In this document: piece by piece, positions 35,790 to 48,923 of the stretch
Position numbering within the stretch: the first letter of the stretch is position 1
Layout: the number at the start of each line of letters is the position of its first letter
Origin: Mizuhopecten yessoensis
Lineage: Eukaryota
Length of the DNA stretch: 64,000 nt
Reading direction: 5' to 3'
Assembly (NCBI RefSeq): GCF_002113885.1
Contig: NW_018404348.1
Coordinates: 198,364 to 262,363 of the forward strand
Position numbers and translations under genes: made by a program
The notes under the pieces: model-generated
Database searches by the model: none
What the model saw: only the letters and a program-made list of their open reading frames with translations
Told to the model about the DNA's origin: nothing

Positions 35790-36250
35790 GGTAAACCACA
35801 CATTGAATACGTGGCGTGTGTTTGGAATCCACACAAAATAAAGGAAATTGAACTTCTAGAATCGGTACAAAGAAGAGCCACAACATTGTTGCCATGGTTA
35901 ACGGCCAAAAACACTCAAACTACCAACTTTAAAATACCGAAGGATGCGACTCGGAGAAATTCTTCATGTGTTTAAGATAATAAACAATATATTTGACGAG
36001 AGAGTCAGCAATTAATGGACTCTTTGTACACGATAACTTATCAAGAAACCATTGTAATTTAGATCTCGGAAAATTCAGTTTCAACTTCAGTACAGTAAGA
36101 CTATGGAACAGTTTGGAGAATTATAGACTCCACTACAATTATAGACTCCACTACAATTATAGACTCCACTACAATTATAGAATTCGAGGTCCATTCAGAA
36201 CACTGGGAAATAGATATGAAATATGATCACTTTGCAAATTTATAAGTTTT
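35790..36250 (+). mobile_element. Degraded CR1-like LINE 3' fragment with an internal 18-bp triplication
   Basis: VWNPHKIKEIELLESVQRRAT motif; RLWNSL; aattatagactccactac repeats at 36119-36180. Confidence 0.6.
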
Positions 36251-36439
36251 TACGTATGTTTTATTAATTTGTTAATGACGAATATGTAACATTCAATTAA
36301 AACATACATGTAAAAACTTACATGTAGTGTATCATTGATATGATATAGAGGCAGATATTTGCCTGCGTCCATCTTTTTTCCTATTAAAGATCATATTAAA
36401 AACAACTAGAAAAATGTATATGTTTTTGAACAAGGAACG

Positions 36440-36620
36440 GCGGACGGGGTTCGATTCCCCGATCGGAAGTGAAAATGTATGGGGGTCACCTGCCAGGCAT
36501 CATGGATTTTCTCTGGGTACTCCGGTTTGCTCCCACATTAACTAAGACAACAAGAGTGATTAATAGAAGTTGTAAAATTTTGTTTCATAATTGTTGTTAA
36601 ATAAATAAAGTTTACATTTA
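36440..36620 (+). mobile_element. tRNA-derived SINE fragment
   Basis: B-box gggttcgattccc and central motif ttttctctgggtactccggtttgctcccaca. Confidence 0.55.
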
Positions 36621-36949
36621 GAAGCATATCAAGTAGAGAATCAAATATCTGAAGTAATGCATGCACATCTTTACATACACATAGACAATGCATTATTGTT
36701 TACCGCCACTAGTGGTTTACCAAAATGTTGCCCAACTCCGGGCCTATTTATCCAATGAGTTAGGAGCGAGGAAACCTACGGTGGTTGTGAAGAAATTGAT
36801 ATATAAATAAACAAACATTGGCTTATCTATTCAGAATATAACAAAATGACACAAATGCTTTCTAGAAGAGACTTTATTCGTCAATAAACAACCCTATGGA
36901 AATGTCTATGTTACCAAAGTTAATATAAGAAATGATATACAACATTATA

Positions 36950-39900
36950 AAAGTGAGTTGATTATTTGGTTAAAAATCACTCTACCTAATTTTGTATTGG
37001 TAATTCTGTTTTACTTTTTTGGGAGAATTTACGTACGTCTTTAAACCATGCTCTAGATATTTTACCAAATGTTTTAATCACGGGTGATTTTAACGTCGAC
37101 TTATTCACTGCATCTCGTAACCATGTTTTTCTTGATATTATTAATTCCTTTAGTATGGCAAATGTTATCAATGAACTAACTCGTATTGGACCGACTCGAT
37201 CTAGTCTACTTGATCCTATACTTTTAACCGACTCGCTTTCTTGTATTGATTCTTCTGTTATAACTATAGACAAATCATGGAGTGACCATGACGGTTGTAT
37301 TGCTTGCATTGATATTCCCTGTATTGTCAAACCTATTTTTAAGCGAAAAATTTGGCTGTATAAGCGGGCAGATTTTGACAGATTTAATGATCTTATTTCT
37401 GATTATAATTGGAATGAACTTTTTTTAAATTGTGATTCAGTTGATACTGCCTGTAATCGTTTTACTGATACGTTCCTAAAATTTGCAAATATATGTATTC
37501 CATCAAAAGATGTAACTATGAGACCTAATGATAAACCTTGGATGATCTCTGAATTAAGAAAAACAATAAAAATTAGAGATAAGTTGCATAAAATTGCGAG
37601 GTCAACCAAACATCTTTCGGACATCAACAAATTCAAATCTCAACGGAATAAGGTCAATAACATGAAAAAATATGGCCGTAAACTATTTTATGAAAATGTT
37701 CATGGTATTATTGAAAGGTACTCGTCCTCTGATCCAAAAGCTTAATGGAGACTCATCAAAAGGTTAATGCTATCGTCTGGTACTACACAATCTATACCTA
37801 CTCTAGTAGATCCTGTTTCTGACAATGTGGTTACTAGTGATGAAGACAAAGCTAATTTATTAAATGACTATTTTTGTAATATAACTCGTGTAGATGACAG
37901 AAATACTGCGGTTCCTCTCATCGAGTCAAAAACTAACAAGAGTCTTAGGTACATTAGAGTCAATAATAATGAAATACGAGATATTTTACAGATATTAAAG
38001 CTTGGTAAGGCCTCGGGTGAGGAGGGAATCAGTCACCATATGCTCAGAAACACATCAGAAACAGTTTGTGTTCCCCTTGAAATGATTTTTAATAAGTCTT
38101 TATCGTCTGGTGTTTACCCAATCTCTTGGAAAACAGCCAAAGTTATGCCACTGTTTAAAAAGGTGACAGGCATTCTCCCTCTAACTATTGGCCAATTTCT
38201 TTATTACCTACAGTTGGAAAAGTGCTTGAGAGGGTAATTTTCAAATACTTGCATAATTATTTTATTGAAAACTCACTTTTTTTATAAGCACCAGTCTGGT
38301 TTTTTGCCTGGTCATTCTACTGTATATCAGCCCATTGAAATTTATCATAACATCTGTATTGCTCTAAAAGAAAAAAAAAACATGTATGTATGGTATTCTG
38401 CGATATTTCTAAGGCTTTTGATAGGGTTTGGCATAAGGGGTTGATGATTAAGTTAAAATCCTATGGAATTTCAGGGGAATTGTATCATTGGTTGGAAAAT
38501 AACCTATTTTAGAGGCACCAGAGAGTCTTTTTGAATTCTTCTTACTCCGACTTTTCATTGAAGCAGGTGTTCCTAAGGGTTCGATTCTTGGACCTCTGTT
38601 GTGTCTTATCTATATAAATGATATTGCTGATGTGTTTGAATCAACTTCTCGCCTTTTTGCAGACGATACTTCTTTGTTTAAATCATCCTCTTCATGTCTA
38701 GAAATCCAAACGGTTATGAATCTCGAGTCTCTTAATGCATGGTCCCAAACTTGGTTAGTAACATTCAAACCAGAAAAAACTGAGGTAATTTTTGTTTCAA
38801 ACTTGATTGAAATTGATGAAGATTTACAATTAGAATTTAACTTCGAATTTTTATATTTTACTGATCATCATAAACATTTAGGTGTAATTTTTAATACAAG
38901 TGCATAATGGGGGGATCATATTTGTGCAATATATACTTAAGTTATGAAAAATGTCAACGTCTTACGTAGACTAAAATACTTATTAAATCGTGATTGATCT
39001 TTTAAAGATTTATAAATCATTTATTTTACCAGTTTTAGAATATGCTTGTGAATTGTGGGATGGTTGTACAACTTATGAAACAGAAATGTTAGAGAAATCC
39101 CAAAGAGAAGCGTCTCGTATTATAACTGGTCTTCCTTCATATGCCCGAATTGAAGACTTACTTTTTGAAACTGGTCTAGAAACTCTTTCGAATAGAAGAA
39201 AACGCAGAAAACTCCAACTTTTGTATTACATGCACAACAAATTAACTCCAGACTATTTAAATTCTCTATTACCATCTTCCGTTGCAGAAAATAACCGTTA
39301 TCCCTCAGAAACAATGATGATTATAGAATTCGTCCTTTCAGGCTTTCTCTAGCAAATTCATCTGTTATACCTTCAACTCTTCGCGGCTGGAATTCATTGG
39401 ACCTTTCAGTACGATCATTGACCTCATTACATTCTTTTAAAAACTCGTTAACTTCAAATGTACAATCTACTCCACCAATATACTTAGGTTTCGGTGAACG
39501 TAAATTGAACATTTTGCATACTAAACTTAGACATCAGTGTAGTCCACTTAAATATGATCTTTTTAGAGTAAATCTGGTTGATAGTCCAGATTGTTATTGT
39601 GGCCATCCCTGTGAAAATGCCTTTCACTTTTTTTGTGAGTGCTTACTTTTTAACAACGAAAGACACACCCTGCTCCAAAATTTGAATGCCTTGCATGCTA
39701 ATTTTAATTTAGAACTACTTTTGTTTGGAAATAGTCAACGTTCGGTAGAAAACAACATAAGTATATTTAGACATGTGCATCATTACATCAAATCCAGCAA
39801 TAGGTTTTGATAGTTATAATTACTTTTCTATTTTTATTTATGTGGAAGTTGTTATATGAGTTTATGAAATTGTATTTCATTATTTTGCCTGATCTATTTG

Positions 39901-40216
39901 TTACATTGATTCTGTTCATTTTGAAATTAATCTACCAGGATGAATGTCATGAAATCTGTATAATTTATAATTTATTCACATGCGGATCGATTTTTCAGTT
40001 TACCCGTTTTCTTTTCTAGGTAACCCTCTCCCCTTCATCCCCCCCCCCCCCACCCCTCCCACCCCACATTTCCTTCCCCAACCTATCTTTTTTCCTTTCC
40101 CCCAAAACATATACACTATTTTTACAATAAGTATTGAGGAGAGGACTCTATTAAGTTGCAATAACTTGTTGTCCGATCCATTTGTATATTTGTACAATAA
40201 AATATGTTTAAACTTA
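36950..40216 (+). mobile_element. CR1-clade LINE, 5'-truncated, frameshifted ORF2
   Basis: GDFNVD, SDH, YKRADFD, RPNDKPW, DISKAFDRVWH, FADD and CYCGHPCENAFHFFCEC; 3' stem-loop and AATAAA near 40140-40216. Confidence 0.9.
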
Positions 40217-41528
40217 TAAAAGTGATTTTAAATTTGATCGTTATAATGCTAATGATAAATGCTAATTATACCTACATTGAAACGCAAATTAATAAGAAAT
40301 GTGAACATTATTTCTCTCTCAAAATCAAAAGATTTGAGAATATAATATAAAGATAAAAGAAAACAAAATCTGTACAGTTGAATTGAGCAAGCATATGCGG
40401 AGGAAAGTAATGTCTGTTCTCAACTTCGAATGTCGGAAATTGCTTGCAAATCTTAGAAGTTATCATAACTTCAAGATTCAGTATGGCAGAACTAAAACAT
40501 ACCTCGTCCGTTACGTTTGTGTAAAACGTGTAAAGTATAGAAAGATGAAGTCCCTTTCATCGTATAGATTAATTAGATACATTAAGAGCTATCTTAATGT
40601 ATATGCTGAAAAAATAATGTCGTTATCTTATGATCAACAGATTTTTTATGAATTAATTTCTACGTTAATAAGTCACTTGAGCGGAGGAAAGCAAGTTTAC
40701 TGAATGTACAATACATCTCGTATTTATTTGACCGTTAATTGTACAATACACTTATTTGATGTTGTATTATGTTTGTATTGCAAATTGCATATTGATCCGC
40801 CACTGATATGTTATAGCTGTAAATGCAATACAATTGACATATTAAGTACATGAGATATAATTTTAATTAGATTGACGAGAAGAAGATGTCAAAACGCGCA
40901 AGAATTGCTTGAGATGATAAGTTTACTAAATGATCTGCAAAACACAGACAGCTGAGTTCACAGATCTATAACCAAATTTCAATTCATAACCTCAAACAAG
41001 GTTTGCATTGTCTGATTTTTATCAATTCTAGGTCTTCGAAAAGGTAACCACCTGTCAAGTATCTATCAGTATGAGTGGAACTGCATCACGGATGAGTGTC
41101 AAACATTGAGAGCATTCAAACCACCTTTGTCTATAGTTAAGGATATTAACCAATTAAAGTTACAAAAGGTGTTAACCAATCAAGATACCAATCATTGCTT
41201 ACATAAATATTGAACAGATGCTAAACTAAACACATTATAATTAAAGGTGTTTATCTTTAACTCTCAAAGGTGCAATAATTTATCTTCAATAAACTTTCAA
41301 GAGACCCTCGCATCACTCCTATGGGATGGAAGGTTGGGTGGTGTGGAGTGTGGAGTAGCGCTTTTGACAAGGGCATCAGTTTCAGTGACACCTTTTAGAC
41401 TTACATGTACGTTTGCTGAACATATGCGTTTATTTTTTTAGACGGAACAACTGCATACCGGAAGTCATTTATAGGAGATATATTTCGGTAGACAACCCCG
41501 TGAAGAGCTTCAACATTTTAAAACACGG

Positions 41529-44330
41529 CTAGGCATCGCTCTTTTTAATGCCACTGTGGAACGCTCTATCAACCTGCTCCGTTCCAAAGAAAGCTTCGAG
41601 AACTTTGACTACTACTAGCTTGGCCGAACTGGCGAAGTTCTCGTGATTCTGTGACACAAACTTGACCATGTCGTCAAGCTGGAAGTCAACGAAGGTCAGT
41701 GTCTGATGCTCAAACTTGTCTTTTGGTCCACTTGTGAAGCGGGCCTTGATGCTTTCCGCACTTAGGCGGTGTTTCTCGACTATCCTCTCATCCTTCAAGT
41801 CGACAAAACCACACAAGCCCCACTCATAGAAGTCAAACTTAAGATACACTGTCGACAGACAAATGGCGTCCAACTCTCTTCCGGTTAGCTCCACACCTAT
41901 CTCTTCCATCAAACCCCTGGCTGCCGTATTTACCAGATCGACGTAATATTGGCCGTTTTGTAGACACTTGTCCAGGGCAGATACGCTCTCCACTACACCG
42001 CACGTGATTGCACCTGGACTGGCCATGCCCAATCTCCTTGACCTTCGGGCGAAGACAAATTTCTGAGAACTATCAGGTCCCTCGTTTGTCAGAACAGCGA
42101 CATGGAGACCAAATGAATTACTATACAATGGACTGACAATACTCTTGCACGGAACGGTTTTATCTTTGTCTGTATCAGAGAGGGATATCCACATATCTCG
42201 CATTGTCCTGTGGTGGCAGTAGAGCGACTCCTGGAAGTGAAGTTCTATAGCCTGATCTTCATTAGTACCACACCTTGAGTATGTGAGCTTCTTCAAGGCA
42301 CTTAATACATTGTTGTCTATCTCCTTCCTAGCTGCCAACAGCCGGTATTTTTCAGCCGTGCGTGTGTACAAGTCTATCTGTTCAAAACCTAACGTATCAG
42401 GCACATCCATCTGTTGTACATCAACAGTTTCTATTTCACACATCAACTGTGCGTGATTATACCCTGAATGGCGAACTTTTGTGTCATAAAACCCGTTTGG
42501 CCCCGAGAAGAAAGAATCAGCAACATAAATTTGAGTGTTTTTCAGAAATCCGAAAGAGAAGAACTCAGCATTAGTGGGGTCATTGTCGTAAGGGTTTTTC
42601 TTCAGCGAGAAATATTTTGAATGAAGTTCTTCTGTTGTTGGCCGCTGGGAAGGACAGTTCTTCAAACACGATTCGATGACATCAAGAAGGGGACCATCTA
42701 AGTCCTCGGGTAGGGGTACAAAATCACCGATGAGTTGCTCAGTATTGTAGAGTTTCGACTGGTTGTCGTCAGTAGCCTTGCCCTTGTCACACTTGACATC
42801 GGCTGTCTTTATCCCCCGGTCCCGCTGTACTGCAGACATGAGTTGCCGAGTTGAAAGTTGAGCCATTGCCTTCTTCCCAGACATTGCAAAACAGGTGACC
42901 AACCCAAACGAGTAAATATCGCCACGTTTGTAATCCTGGAGACTGACGGCATTGCCAAAATCGCTCTTAAACACGAATTCCGGGGCTCCCCATCGCACAT
43001 GCACGTATCCACGTCGAGGTCCTTCCTGCAGACCATAGTTAAAAAGAGACGAAGTTACAAGCTTTTCTACGCCACAGCCCCAAGCAAGTCCAAAATCGGC
43101 GACCTTGACCCTCAACCTTGCCGGCCCAACTTCCACTAAGATATTATCAGGTTTAAGGTCACGATGTACAACGTCATTAGAATGAAGGTATGCAATAGCG
43201 TTGAAGACTTGACTGGAAATGTCCCACGCACAAGCATAACTCAGGGGACTCGTGAGCATGCGCAAGTATCCCAACAGGTTCAAATCTACGTATTCCATCA
43301 CTACAAACATAGAAGTCTCATGGTTTGTGATCACCTGATGAAGTAGAGATCTCCGTTTTTTATCTACACGTTTTTCGCGCGTTTGTGTTTTGGAGACGCT
43401 GCACGGAAGTATATACCCTGGACATAACGGAGTTGTTTTGACGGCTCCAAACTGTCCTGATTGTATCTGTTGGGCAACGGGCTCACATGAGCTAACATAA
43501 CCTTTGATGTCTTGTTGTAAATTATCAGGATCTTTGTTTTGAACATCAGTTAATGCATTTCTTACCGTTTGCATCTCAGTAACCGCTGGAGACAATGCCT
43601 CTGACTTTTGTACCGAAGATTCATCGACATATCCTCTAGCGTCACACTTCCAACTGTCTGGCACGACAAGTCTGGTATCAAGTGTTCGGGAATACTCTCC
43701 TGGAGGCATTCCTGTCTCAATATCTACGTCACTGTCACAATGAGTTGAATGTTCTGGTGATGTGGAGACTGCTGGACTAGCCATACACACGCCACTGTCC
43801 ATACCTGACTGTGACATAATGTGGCCGTATGTAGTAGGACCAGTAGACACAGGTTGTCCAGAGTATGTTTCTGTATCTATATTCGCCTGACCAACGAGGC
43901 ACTGAGAAAGGTGGTGGTGAGACACCAATCCCATCCCCCGGAACGCTACTACGTTGTCGTGATAAAGTTTTCGAAGCAGATGACATTCCAGGAAAGATGA
44001 CCGGGCACGTTCCTTTAATATTTTCACAGCAACGCGTACTCCTTGAAGACGGCATTCATAGACTTTACCAAAATGTCCTTCCCCTTTTAACGCCCAGTCA
44101 GAAAGCTGACGAGGATCAAGCAAAGCCGGTAAGCTTGGTTTTTGAACGAGTTTGAACAGTAAGAACAACTCGTGTATTTGTGTCTGCAACTCGTCGAAAA
44201 GAAGAGCGCCGTTTGACAGAATAGTGGCTAAATCGTCGTTCACGGGACATAACTGGGCGAGACTATCGAAGATGTCGTGCAGTCTACACATATAAGTACG
44301 TACAAGTGTCTCTCGCTCCAGCAGATCCAT
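41529..44330 (-). CDS. Kinase-Nudix fusion protein A (933 aa): helical N-terminus, TKL-like kinase with a ~200-aa insert, NUDT22-like Nudix domain; single coding exon
   Basis: Uninterrupted 2.8-kb ORF with GEGHFG, VAVK, HRDLKPDN, DFG, RWGAPE and DIYSFG; C-terminal SNSFGLHVAVLT...RRS...PG...RGLMEEIGV. Paralogue of 52367-54538. Confidence 0.9.
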   Translation of the reverse strand: MDLLERETLVRTYMCRLHDIFDSLAQLCPVNDDLATILSNGALLFDELQTQIHELFLLFKLVQKPSLPALLDPRQLSDWALKGEGHFGKVYECRLQGVRVAVKILKERARSSFLECHLLRKLYHDNVVAFRGMGLVSHHHLSQCLVGQANIDTETYSGQPVSTGPTTYGHIMSQSGMDSGVCMASPAVSTSPEHSTHCDSDVDIETGMPPGEYSRTLDTRLVVPDSWKCDARGYVDESSVQKSEALSPAVTEMQTVRNALTDVQNKDPDNLQQDIKGYVSSCEPVAQQIQSGQFGAVKTTPLCPGYILPCSVSKTQTREKRVDKKRRSLLHQVITNHETSMFVVMEYVDLNLLGYLRMLTSPLSYACAWDISSQVFNAIAYLHSNDVVHRDLKPDNILVEVGPARLRVKVADFGLAWGCGVEKLVTSSLFNYGLQEGPRRGYVHVRWGAPEFVFKSDFGNAVSLQDYKRGDIYSFGLVTCFAMSGKKAMAQLSTRQLMSAVQRDRGIKTADVKCDKGKATDDNQSKLYNTEQLIGDFVPLPEDLDGPLLDVIESCLKNCPSQRPTTEELHSKYFSLKKNPYDNDPTNAEFFSFGFLKNTQIYVADSFFSGPNGFYDTKVRHSGYNHAQLMCEIETVDVQQMDVPDTLGFEQIDLYTRTAEKYRLLAARKEIDNNVLSALKKLTYSRCGTNEDQAIELHFQESLYCHHRTMRDMWISLSDTDKDKTVPCKSIVSPLYSNSFGLHVAVLTNEGPDSSQKFVFARRSRRLGMASPGAITCGVVESVSALDKCLQNGQYYVDLVNTAARGLMEEIGVELTGRELDAICLSTVYLKFDFYEWGLCGFVDLKDERIVEKHRLSAESIKARFTSGPKDKFEHQTLTFVDFQLDDMVKFVSQNHENFASSAKLVVVKVLEAFFGTEQVDRAFHSGIKKSDA

Positions 44331-45159
44331 GTTTAATACGGCTGGTTTTGTTCACTGCATATAATAAGATATGTTTATGTATGGTCAAACGCACGTTAGT
44401 TTCTAGCACCAATACTACGGTTACATCATGGAGTCTAGTGAGTGGTGCGTAAACAAAATCCTTGGAAATGCCACATTTTCACTTGCAATTTACAAAGTGC
44501 ATCTTCATCATAAGGTTAGGTCCTGGTGCGCGTGACTTACCATGCATGTAGCTAAACACAACCCAAAACGACCACATCCCTGATTGCACACTGTAGACGA
44601 TCGTTGAATAATGACTCATTACGTAAATTCCAGTTCAGCTTTTAGAACACACGAGTGTTTGCAGACGTCCATCAGTTGTTTTAGAGGGAGGAAGAGCAGT
44701 ATCCCAAATGTCACTATCAGATCTAAAATATATTTGTATCTCTAATGATTAATCTGGGACGCGCGTCATCACACACCTGGTCGCGGTATGGTTATGGCGT
44801 CCTCATCTATTTCAGCCCATATTTCCTTTGTAGACACGGAAGTAGTTACACGACGGTGAGCTAGACTGATCATTCTGTATACGAACCTGTCGCTGCATAT
44901 CTTGATATGTTTTTAACAATCTCGTTCAAAACAGAAACCTGAGAAAAACTTCCTTGTTCACCGGTTCGCTTATATTTGATAGACACAGTGCATCAAGGTA
45001 AACTGAAAACGAAACCCGGTAATACAAATAAACGGGGTTTTAAACTTCCATGTTTGTATGCAATAACTCCATATCTGCAACACAATTCGCTGTTGTTGGT
45101 GTTGCTGAATTTGAACATATGGTTAACCAGGTGAAAAACAAACACATGAAAGCATGGCT

Positions 45160-46430
45160 ATATAAACCAATAGGGACGTGAGAAGATGATAAACCAAAAG
45201 GACGTGAGAAGATGATAAACCAATAGGGACGTGAGAAGATGACAAACCAAAAGGGACGTGAGAAGATGACAAACCAAAAGGGACGTGAGAAGATGATAAA
45301 CCAAGAGGGACGTGAGAAGATGATAAACCAATAGGGACGTTGGAAGATGATAATCCGATAGGGACGTGAGAAGATGATTAAGCGATAGGGACGTGAGAAG
45401 ATGATAAACCAATAGGGACGTGAGATGATGATAAAGCAAAAGGGACGTGAGAAGATGATAAACCGTTAGGGACGTGAGAAGATGAAAAACCAAGAGGGAC
45501 GTGAGAAGATGATAAACCGATAGGGACGTGAGAAGATGCTTAACCGATAGGGACCTGAGAAGATGATAAACCGATATGGACGTTAGAAGATGATAAACCA
45601 ATAAGGACGTGAGAAGATGATAAACCAATAGGGACGTGAGAAGATGATAAACCAATAGGGACGTGAGAAGATGATAAACCAATAGGGACGTGAGAAGATG
45701 ATAAACCAATAGGGACGTGAGAAGATGATAAACCAATAGGGACGTGAGAAGATGATAAACCAATAGGGACGTGAGAAGATGATAAACCAATAGGGACGTG
45801 AGAAGATGATAAACCAATAGGGACTAGGGAAGATGATAAACCAATAGGGACGTGAGAAGATGATAAACCAATAGGGATGTGAGATAATGATAAACCAATA
45901 GGGACGTGAGGATATGATTAAGCGATAGGGACGTGAGAAGATGATAAACCGATATGGACGTGAGAAGATGATAAACCAATAGGGACGTGAGAAGATGATA
46001 AACCAAAAGGGACGAGAAAAGATGATAAACCAATAGGGACGTGAGAAGATGATAAACCAATAGGGACGTTGGAAGATGATAATCCGATAGGGACGTGAGA
46101 AGATGATTAAGCGATAGGGACGTGAGAAGATGATAAACCAATAGGGACGTAAGATGATGATAAAGCAAAAGGGACGTGAGAAAATGATAAACCGTTAGGG
46201 ACGTGAGAAGATGAAAAACCAATAGGGACGTGAGAAGATGATAAACCGATAGGGACGTGAGAAGATGATAAAGCAAAAGGGACGTGAGAAGATGATTAAC
46301 CAATAGGGACGTAAGATAATGATAAACCAATAGGGACGTGGGAAGATGATAAACCGATAGGGACGTGAGAAGATGATAAACCAAAAGGGACGTGAGAAGA
46401 TGACAAACCAATAGGGTCGTGAGAAGATGA
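45160..46430. repeat. 27-bp minisatellite (~47 copies)
   Basis: Unit gataaaccaatagggacgtgagaagat; the LLVYHLLTS ORFs are artefacts. Confidence 0.95.
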
Positions 46431-46839
46431 TGGAGGGATTGGATGTGGTCATATTTCTTTTCTATCTTTGATTTCCGGGTAATTTTTAAAAAAGATCTAT
46501 GTTTCAATTTTATCTGAAAAGTAGTTTCATGTGTGTGTTTGTGATTGTATGTCTACGCAATAACTACTTCGGACCACGTGACAACGCTTTCTTTGTTCCT
46601 GGTTTTGGTTACGCTTTCGGATAGCTGACATTCGTCGGACACCATCTATAAGTCAAAATTGCCTTTTGTCATTTTGTGATGAATAGAATAGTGTTCGGTG
46701 TAGACAACCTACGGAATTCCACAACTTGGTATATCATTTTACCGTTTACCGTTAGATGTGTACTGTTTGGGTTGGGCTGCAAAAAAATATGCAAACCCAA
46801 TATTCAAACACTATGTATTTTAAATTGAAATTCATGATA

Positions 46840-47337
46840 CTATAAAAGTGGAAACTTTTGCGTGTGAAAATCATTGTTGTGTCGACCCTTTAAACTAATC
46901 GCGGCATGGAAATGTCCGCGATGTGTCGATCCTTTAAACAAATCGCGGCGTGGCAATGTCCGCGATGTGTTGACCCTTTAAACTAATCACGGCGTGGAAA
47001 TGCCCGCGATGAGTCGATCCTTTAAACTAATCGCGGCGTGGAAATGTTCGCGATGTGCACGTGTCGATCCTTTAAACTAATTGCGGCGTGGAAATGTTCG
47101 CGTTGTGTCGATCCTTTGAACTAATCACGGCGTGGAAATGTTCGCGTTGTGTCTATCCTTTGAACTAATCACGGCGTGGAAATGTTCGCGTTGTGTCGAT
47201 CCTTTACAGTAATCGCAGCGTGGAAAACATTTTTATATATACATAAATGAATATTCCGATGTGGATATTTTCGCACTATTTTACCAAATGCGAAAACCGC
47301 GAACATTACAACATCGCAAAAATGTCCACTTTTACAG
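46840..47337. mobile_element. MITE (TA TSD, 23-bp TIR) carrying a 44-bp internal tandem repeat
   Basis: Left end TA|CTATAAAAGTGGAAACTTTTGCG, right end CGCAAAAATGTCCACTTTTACAG|TA. Internal gtcgatcctttaaactaatcgcggcgtggaaatg units at 46880-47225. Confidence 0.8.
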
Positions 47338-48923
47338 TATATGACGCATAATTATTATCATTAATATTGGAGACACAGATACGTCTACTACGTAAATAAC
47401 AAATGTATGCCTCCCCTTTCTCTGTAGAGGTGACAACATTGACCAAAGGGAATGGGATACAGGAGCGCAGCTACCACTAAAAGACATCTGACAATACAAC
47501 ATTGTAGTATACATGAACAGGTGAAAAATACCATAACTGCTAGTATACATATAAACTAATGACTGGCAATTTTGCCATTGTTGCCAGTCCACTGTCAAGA
47601 GCAGCAAAAGAACGCAAAACCTCTTACATTTTGGGTCATCGACAATAAAACTACAAGAGGAAATAACTGTCAACAAACGAATTAACCAGATTTCGATCTC
47701 GAAATCGATAAAACTATGATAACGATGAATAAAGGAACTATGCATATCCTTGTAAAGGTAGAAGGAGACTAAGACATTTGTTCTGGAAGGTAAGCGTTTC
47801 CTGCTTCTAGGTAAAATCAAAGTGATATACCACATCCTCCAAACGAGTACCTGGGTAGTAAAAACGAAATAACAAGACACACTAAGGGGAATAATAAAAA
47901 AAATGTATCGCACAAAAAAATCACAATGACATCATGATGCCGAACATAAAACCTGACCATAGTCCATCCATAAACCTGCAGAAAATCATTATAGTCTTGA
48001 CGTCGCTGTTGTTCTTATTTAAAGTAAAGACCAAGGTCAGCGGCAGAGGAAGAATATTGACTGCAGTTTCTAGCTTCAAGCTTCAGTAGGGTATATCCGA
48101 TCAACGTGGTCCGTAGGTCTTTTTTTCTAAGGACAGTACATCGTCGATTTATCTGAAAATCAAATTGAGGGAACTAGCGGCAAACTTTCTGAAAATGAAA
48201 TCAAGTCGGCCAGGAGAGGGTCACAGAGTGCACGATCACCGGAATGTCAAAGACTGCTGGACAACGTTGTCACTGAACTCGATCAGCTTGTATATGTTTT
48301 CAACAAGAACTTAATCAATCTCGCAAAGTTGCACCCTCATTTTTTCTTAAAATATGATTCGAAAAGTTCACAAAACTATCCATATAATAAATATTATTTC
48401 TGTTTGCGTCTCTTGGAAAATGTGTTCCCTCAGTTTGGTATGAGAAAGTAAAATGTTCTGAAGGAAGAAAATGTTCTGTTAATTCCATTTCTGGAATACA
48501 GTATCACAATACCACTTTAATCATAGTTAAATGGAACTAACAGATCCAGCGGTGGAACAAAGTTTCAGAATCCAGTGTTCGTATCCAGATCAGTATCGGA
48601 CAGCATTCGGAATGGCTGTAATACCAAACTAGTGAAAGCATTATATACACAGTATTCCGTTTTCGGACATCCGGGTTAGAGCAATGCGGAGTTGTGGAGT
48701 ATGCCTCGTAGAATATTGCTAATGTTCATTACGTCTAACCCCTCACGGTTAGTAAATGTTTTACCATGTCCCTTCGGGGGCTCCGTAGTTGTGACAATTC
48801 ACACATGGAATATTTTGTTTTCTAAAAGAGGTCAAATCTGAGGTGATAATACACATAGTAAAACAGAATATGATTGTGTTATGATTGGCAAAGATAACAG
48901 GCGCTAGGTGTCAAGTATAATTT

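Noticed and set aside
42362-44155. Short antisense or out-of-frame ORFs overlapping the kinase genes (also 52466-53651)
   Set aside because: Shadow ORFs of real coding sequence with no recognisable motifs.
45158-46507. LLVYHLLTS-repeat ORFs
   Set aside because: Translation of a 27-bp minisatellite.
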